A stretch of DNA of 64,000 nucleotides from positions 37,475,433-37,539,432 of the forward strand of contig NC_069002.1 of the NCBI RefSeq assembly GCF_001194135.2. Reading direction: 5' to 3'. This stretch comes from Octopus bimaculoides (Eukaryota). Positions 61,224 through 64,000 of the stretch are shown here, in pieces (within the stretch, counting starts at the first letter, position 1; every line of letters begins with the position of its first letter). A model generated the notes under the pieces. It did no database searches. It was not told the origin of the DNA and saw only the letters and a list, made by a program, of their open reading frames with translations. The position numbers and the translations under genes were made by a program.

Positions 61224-61960
61224 TTAATTTCTTGGTGAGAACATTTTGTGTTTTGTATTACTGACATTATTATCTAACTGTTTCCTTTTCAAGATAGAAG
61301 TCCGACCAAGAGATTGAGTGAAAGAAGTATGGCCTCCTAAGCCGTCATAACCACGTCGAATATTCTGCAGAATTGGCACCTGTGGTGAGCCATTGCAAGA
61401 TGGAATAGGAATAACATTGGATGAACTCTTGCTGGTCAACTTTGGTTTCTTTTGGCATGCAGATGTAATTTTCCAAAAAAAATTAGGTTGTGAGTCATTT
61501 GAAATGCAATTGCTAACAACAGCAGCCTTCTTGGTTTTTAACTCTATTGATAATGAAGATGATTGAGGTGGAGTAGATGAATGTGGAACCTCTTCAAAAT
61601 TTTCAGACTCTGGAATAATCTCATTATTCAGTTCGGATGTCAAGAGTCTTTTTTTAGGCTCAGATTTGGCAAGGTGTTTTCTCAAGGTTGCTATTTCAGC
61701 CTCACATCTTGTTAGTTCTTTTTCAGAATTCTTGCAGTGTTCTCTAAGCAGCTTCTCTTGGGTTTTCGTCTCATCAAGGGTCACTCGCATTGAAGCCAAT
61801 TGCTTCAAAACCTTTTCCAGTTCAGAGCGCTGAGATTTCCTGCTCCGTTTGCACTGTTCATATTCTCGTTTAATGATGGTACAGAGATTAACTAATCGCT
61901 CCACTGCCCCGGGTCCATTCATCACATCTTCCAACAGCAATTTACTTTCGGCTTCAGTCA
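61224..61960 (-). CDS. TRAIP: E3 ubiquitin ligase TRAIP (TRAF-interacting protein/NOPO), 3' coding exon; RING and upstream exons lie outside the window
   Basis: The TTTATTTTAG| acceptor is phase 1. The coiled coil GPGAVERLVNLCTIIKREYEQCKRSRK resembles human GQSAVEQLAVYCVSLKKEYENLKEARK, and the signature IRRGYDGLGGHTSFTQ resembles IRTGFDGLGGRTKFIQ. Confidence 0.85.
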
Positions 61961-64000
61961 CTAAAATAAATTGAGAAAAAAAAAAGTTATACAGTAACAA
62001 GCAAAACCAATTTTCAATGTAAGCATAATTTTAGTTAATTAAAACTTCTTTTTGGGATCATGCCACAAATGTATTAATTTGCAATTAAGTATGCATTCTT
62101 AATACATAAGATACACTTGAGAAAATTTCCAATGGAGGGACATGCCCAAAGGGATATTTCAGTCACTTGCTTATAAGCTGTTTCAAGTATATCATGAATT
62201 AAGCACATACATTATAGAAACTGCCTCAGTTATGAGAGATCAGCTGGCTTGAAGTGATATAAAGACTTGGAGATAGGAACAGTGGAGCATAGTATGGGTG
62301 AATGGGTAGCTTTATGAATAGACGCTATCATACTTGATGTTCCTGGTTACTGATTTAGAACCAATTCAACCCATCACATTCGCACAAGTAAGGGGTCAGT
62401 CGATCTAATAGGGGCAGAGATTGCAATGGTTGGAGCGAGGTTGAGTTTGGAGGCAAGAAAAAAAAAAGAAATGACTGTCTGTCAGGGATGAAACTAGTTA
62501 TTGTAAAGAGTTTAAGTTACTTGCAAAACATTTGAATTTTGTATCAGCAGCATTAATGTGGGATGAATACAAGAGCGAAGAAGAGTTGAGAACAATAACA
62601 GCAAGGGGCTGGATGAGAGAGAGAGACAATGTGTTCAAAGTGATTGGGAAAGTAGTGAGTGTAGCCGAGACAACAAAGGAAGAGAGATTTGTGTCTCAAA
62701 GTCAAAAAAGGATGTAAGGTTTGTGTTAGGAGGTGATGTTGAAGAGGAGCAAACTTATGACATTGTGTCAGTTCGTACAAGCAACACAGCTGGATTTCAG
62801 TGGTCTTAGGAGGAACCCTCAAAATACTCTGCTTTTACCATTGTTCGTTTTCTACAACAGTTCTCTCTTCTACTCACTCTGATGATTATCTGACTTCATC
62901 TGAATGGAAACAATATCAGATGAGTAAGGACTCATTATGTCTTGCAATCTACAAGTGCTGATGCAACAATAAAATGCATCTGGAACATTCTGTTAAGTGG
63001 CTGAGAAATAAGCAGAAACATAGGGTCAAGAAAACCTTTAGTTATGTCTCATCAAGGACATCCTTTTTTTTTTTTGTATTGGGGCCTCAATAAAGCACAC
63101 CATGCACACTTTATAAGTGTTTGTGTTCAGAAGAGCATTCAACCATAGGAATCCTGCTAAAACAACATGAATGACATGTGGTCCTCCTATCTATCTGCAA
63201 ATTGTAGGAACTACAGATAAAAACTGACTCAAATCATAATTAACTATCCAGCCCATGGCATCCATGAATGTAGGTATAAAATGATAATGATGATACAGCA
63301 AAGTGGATTGGCTATTTGGGAGTTAAGTTGGTTATAGACATAATAAGTATCAGCACAAAATGCCTCAAAAAGTCATCTTAAATAGTTATCTCCAGCCCCA
63401 TCTACTTGGATATGAGCAATCTTTTACTTTTGCATAGTTTGGTCAGAGCTCATGTCCCCTTTTTCAGGGTTTCTGAGCCTTGAGGAAGGAAAAGAATTAC
63501 AACTCACATATTGTTTAAATATGGGGCAGTACAAGATATCAAGCTACCTTACCTTAGACACGAGACCTCATCTCAATGCTTGCAACAAAAGTAAGCAGAC
63601 ACTACTAAAGCCACTCAAAGATCAGGTGATAGTGTTAAACCAGACAACAGCAATTAAGTCTACCAACAAAGAACATGTAGAGTCCATTCCACAGACTTTC
63701 ACAAAATTTCATTGTACTTAAAAAAAAAACCCCACTACACAAATGTCCAGAAAGGTAACCTAAAGTTCCTCCAGACCATTCATAGTTTCCACTCATTTGT
63801 TAACCACTTTAGAGTGTACTGGTACAATTTACTATGGCATCTGCACTGGTGATGTTAGTCACATTGACAGGTCCTCCCAACCCTGCATTGTCTGAATTCT
63901 TTCTTTCACTAACAACAGTCTGCATTTTGTCATGGCACTGGCACTAGTGAGACAGCCTTATTCAATAGTCTCCCTTTGTTCAATGCAACCACAACCACAC

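Noticed and set aside
9235-61960. Functional gene cluster of CIAO3, MLST8, BSCL2 and TRAIP
   Set aside because: These are housekeeping genes in unrelated pathways, with no shared regulatory signature visible.
62879-62930. CTGATGA...GAAAC hammerhead-like word pair
   Set aside because: Stem II and stem III do not pair. The local structure is a different inverted repeat (CATCTGA/TCAGATG).
62000-64000. Search for upstream TRAIP exons
   Set aside because: Candidate donors near 63510 and 63550 flank sequence with stops in all frames or no acceptor. The exons probably lie beyond the window.

Overview
This is an AT-rich eukaryotic genomic scaffold with several N gaps and many microsatellites. The repeat repertoire is most consistent with an octopus/cephalopod, which is an inference. 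I reconstructed the splice structures by hand. Genes: (1) CIAO3/NARFL, the cytosolic Fe-S assembly factor, has 9 coding exons on the minus strand (25787->9235, 486 aa). (2) MLST8 has 9 coding exons on the plus strand (31518->41751, 317 aa, or 337 aa from an upstream in-frame ATG) and lies head-to-head with CIAO3. (3) BSCL2/seipin has an intronless CDS on the minus strand (54873->53638, 411 aa). (4) The large 3' coding exon of TRAIP lies on the minus strand (61960->61224). (5) Two phase-compatible minus-strand coding exons (7567-7514, 5055-4874) belong to a gene I could not identify. Mobile DNA includes mariner and maT (DD37D-like) relics, MITEs and a foldback element, a Helitron PIF1-helicase relic with an intact 3' end, RTE and RLE LINE fragments, a Penelope fragment and many SINEs. 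A 3.5-kb 24-bp satellite flips orientation at its palindromic core. The most notable non-obvious signals are two well-formed type I hammerhead ribozyme motifs with palindromic stem III (14143-14237 +, 28728-28800 -) plus decayed copies, a probable U12-type intron 1 in MLST8, and the orphan exons with a coding-like island in CIAO3 intron 7. All identifications rest on motif recognition; no database searches were run.
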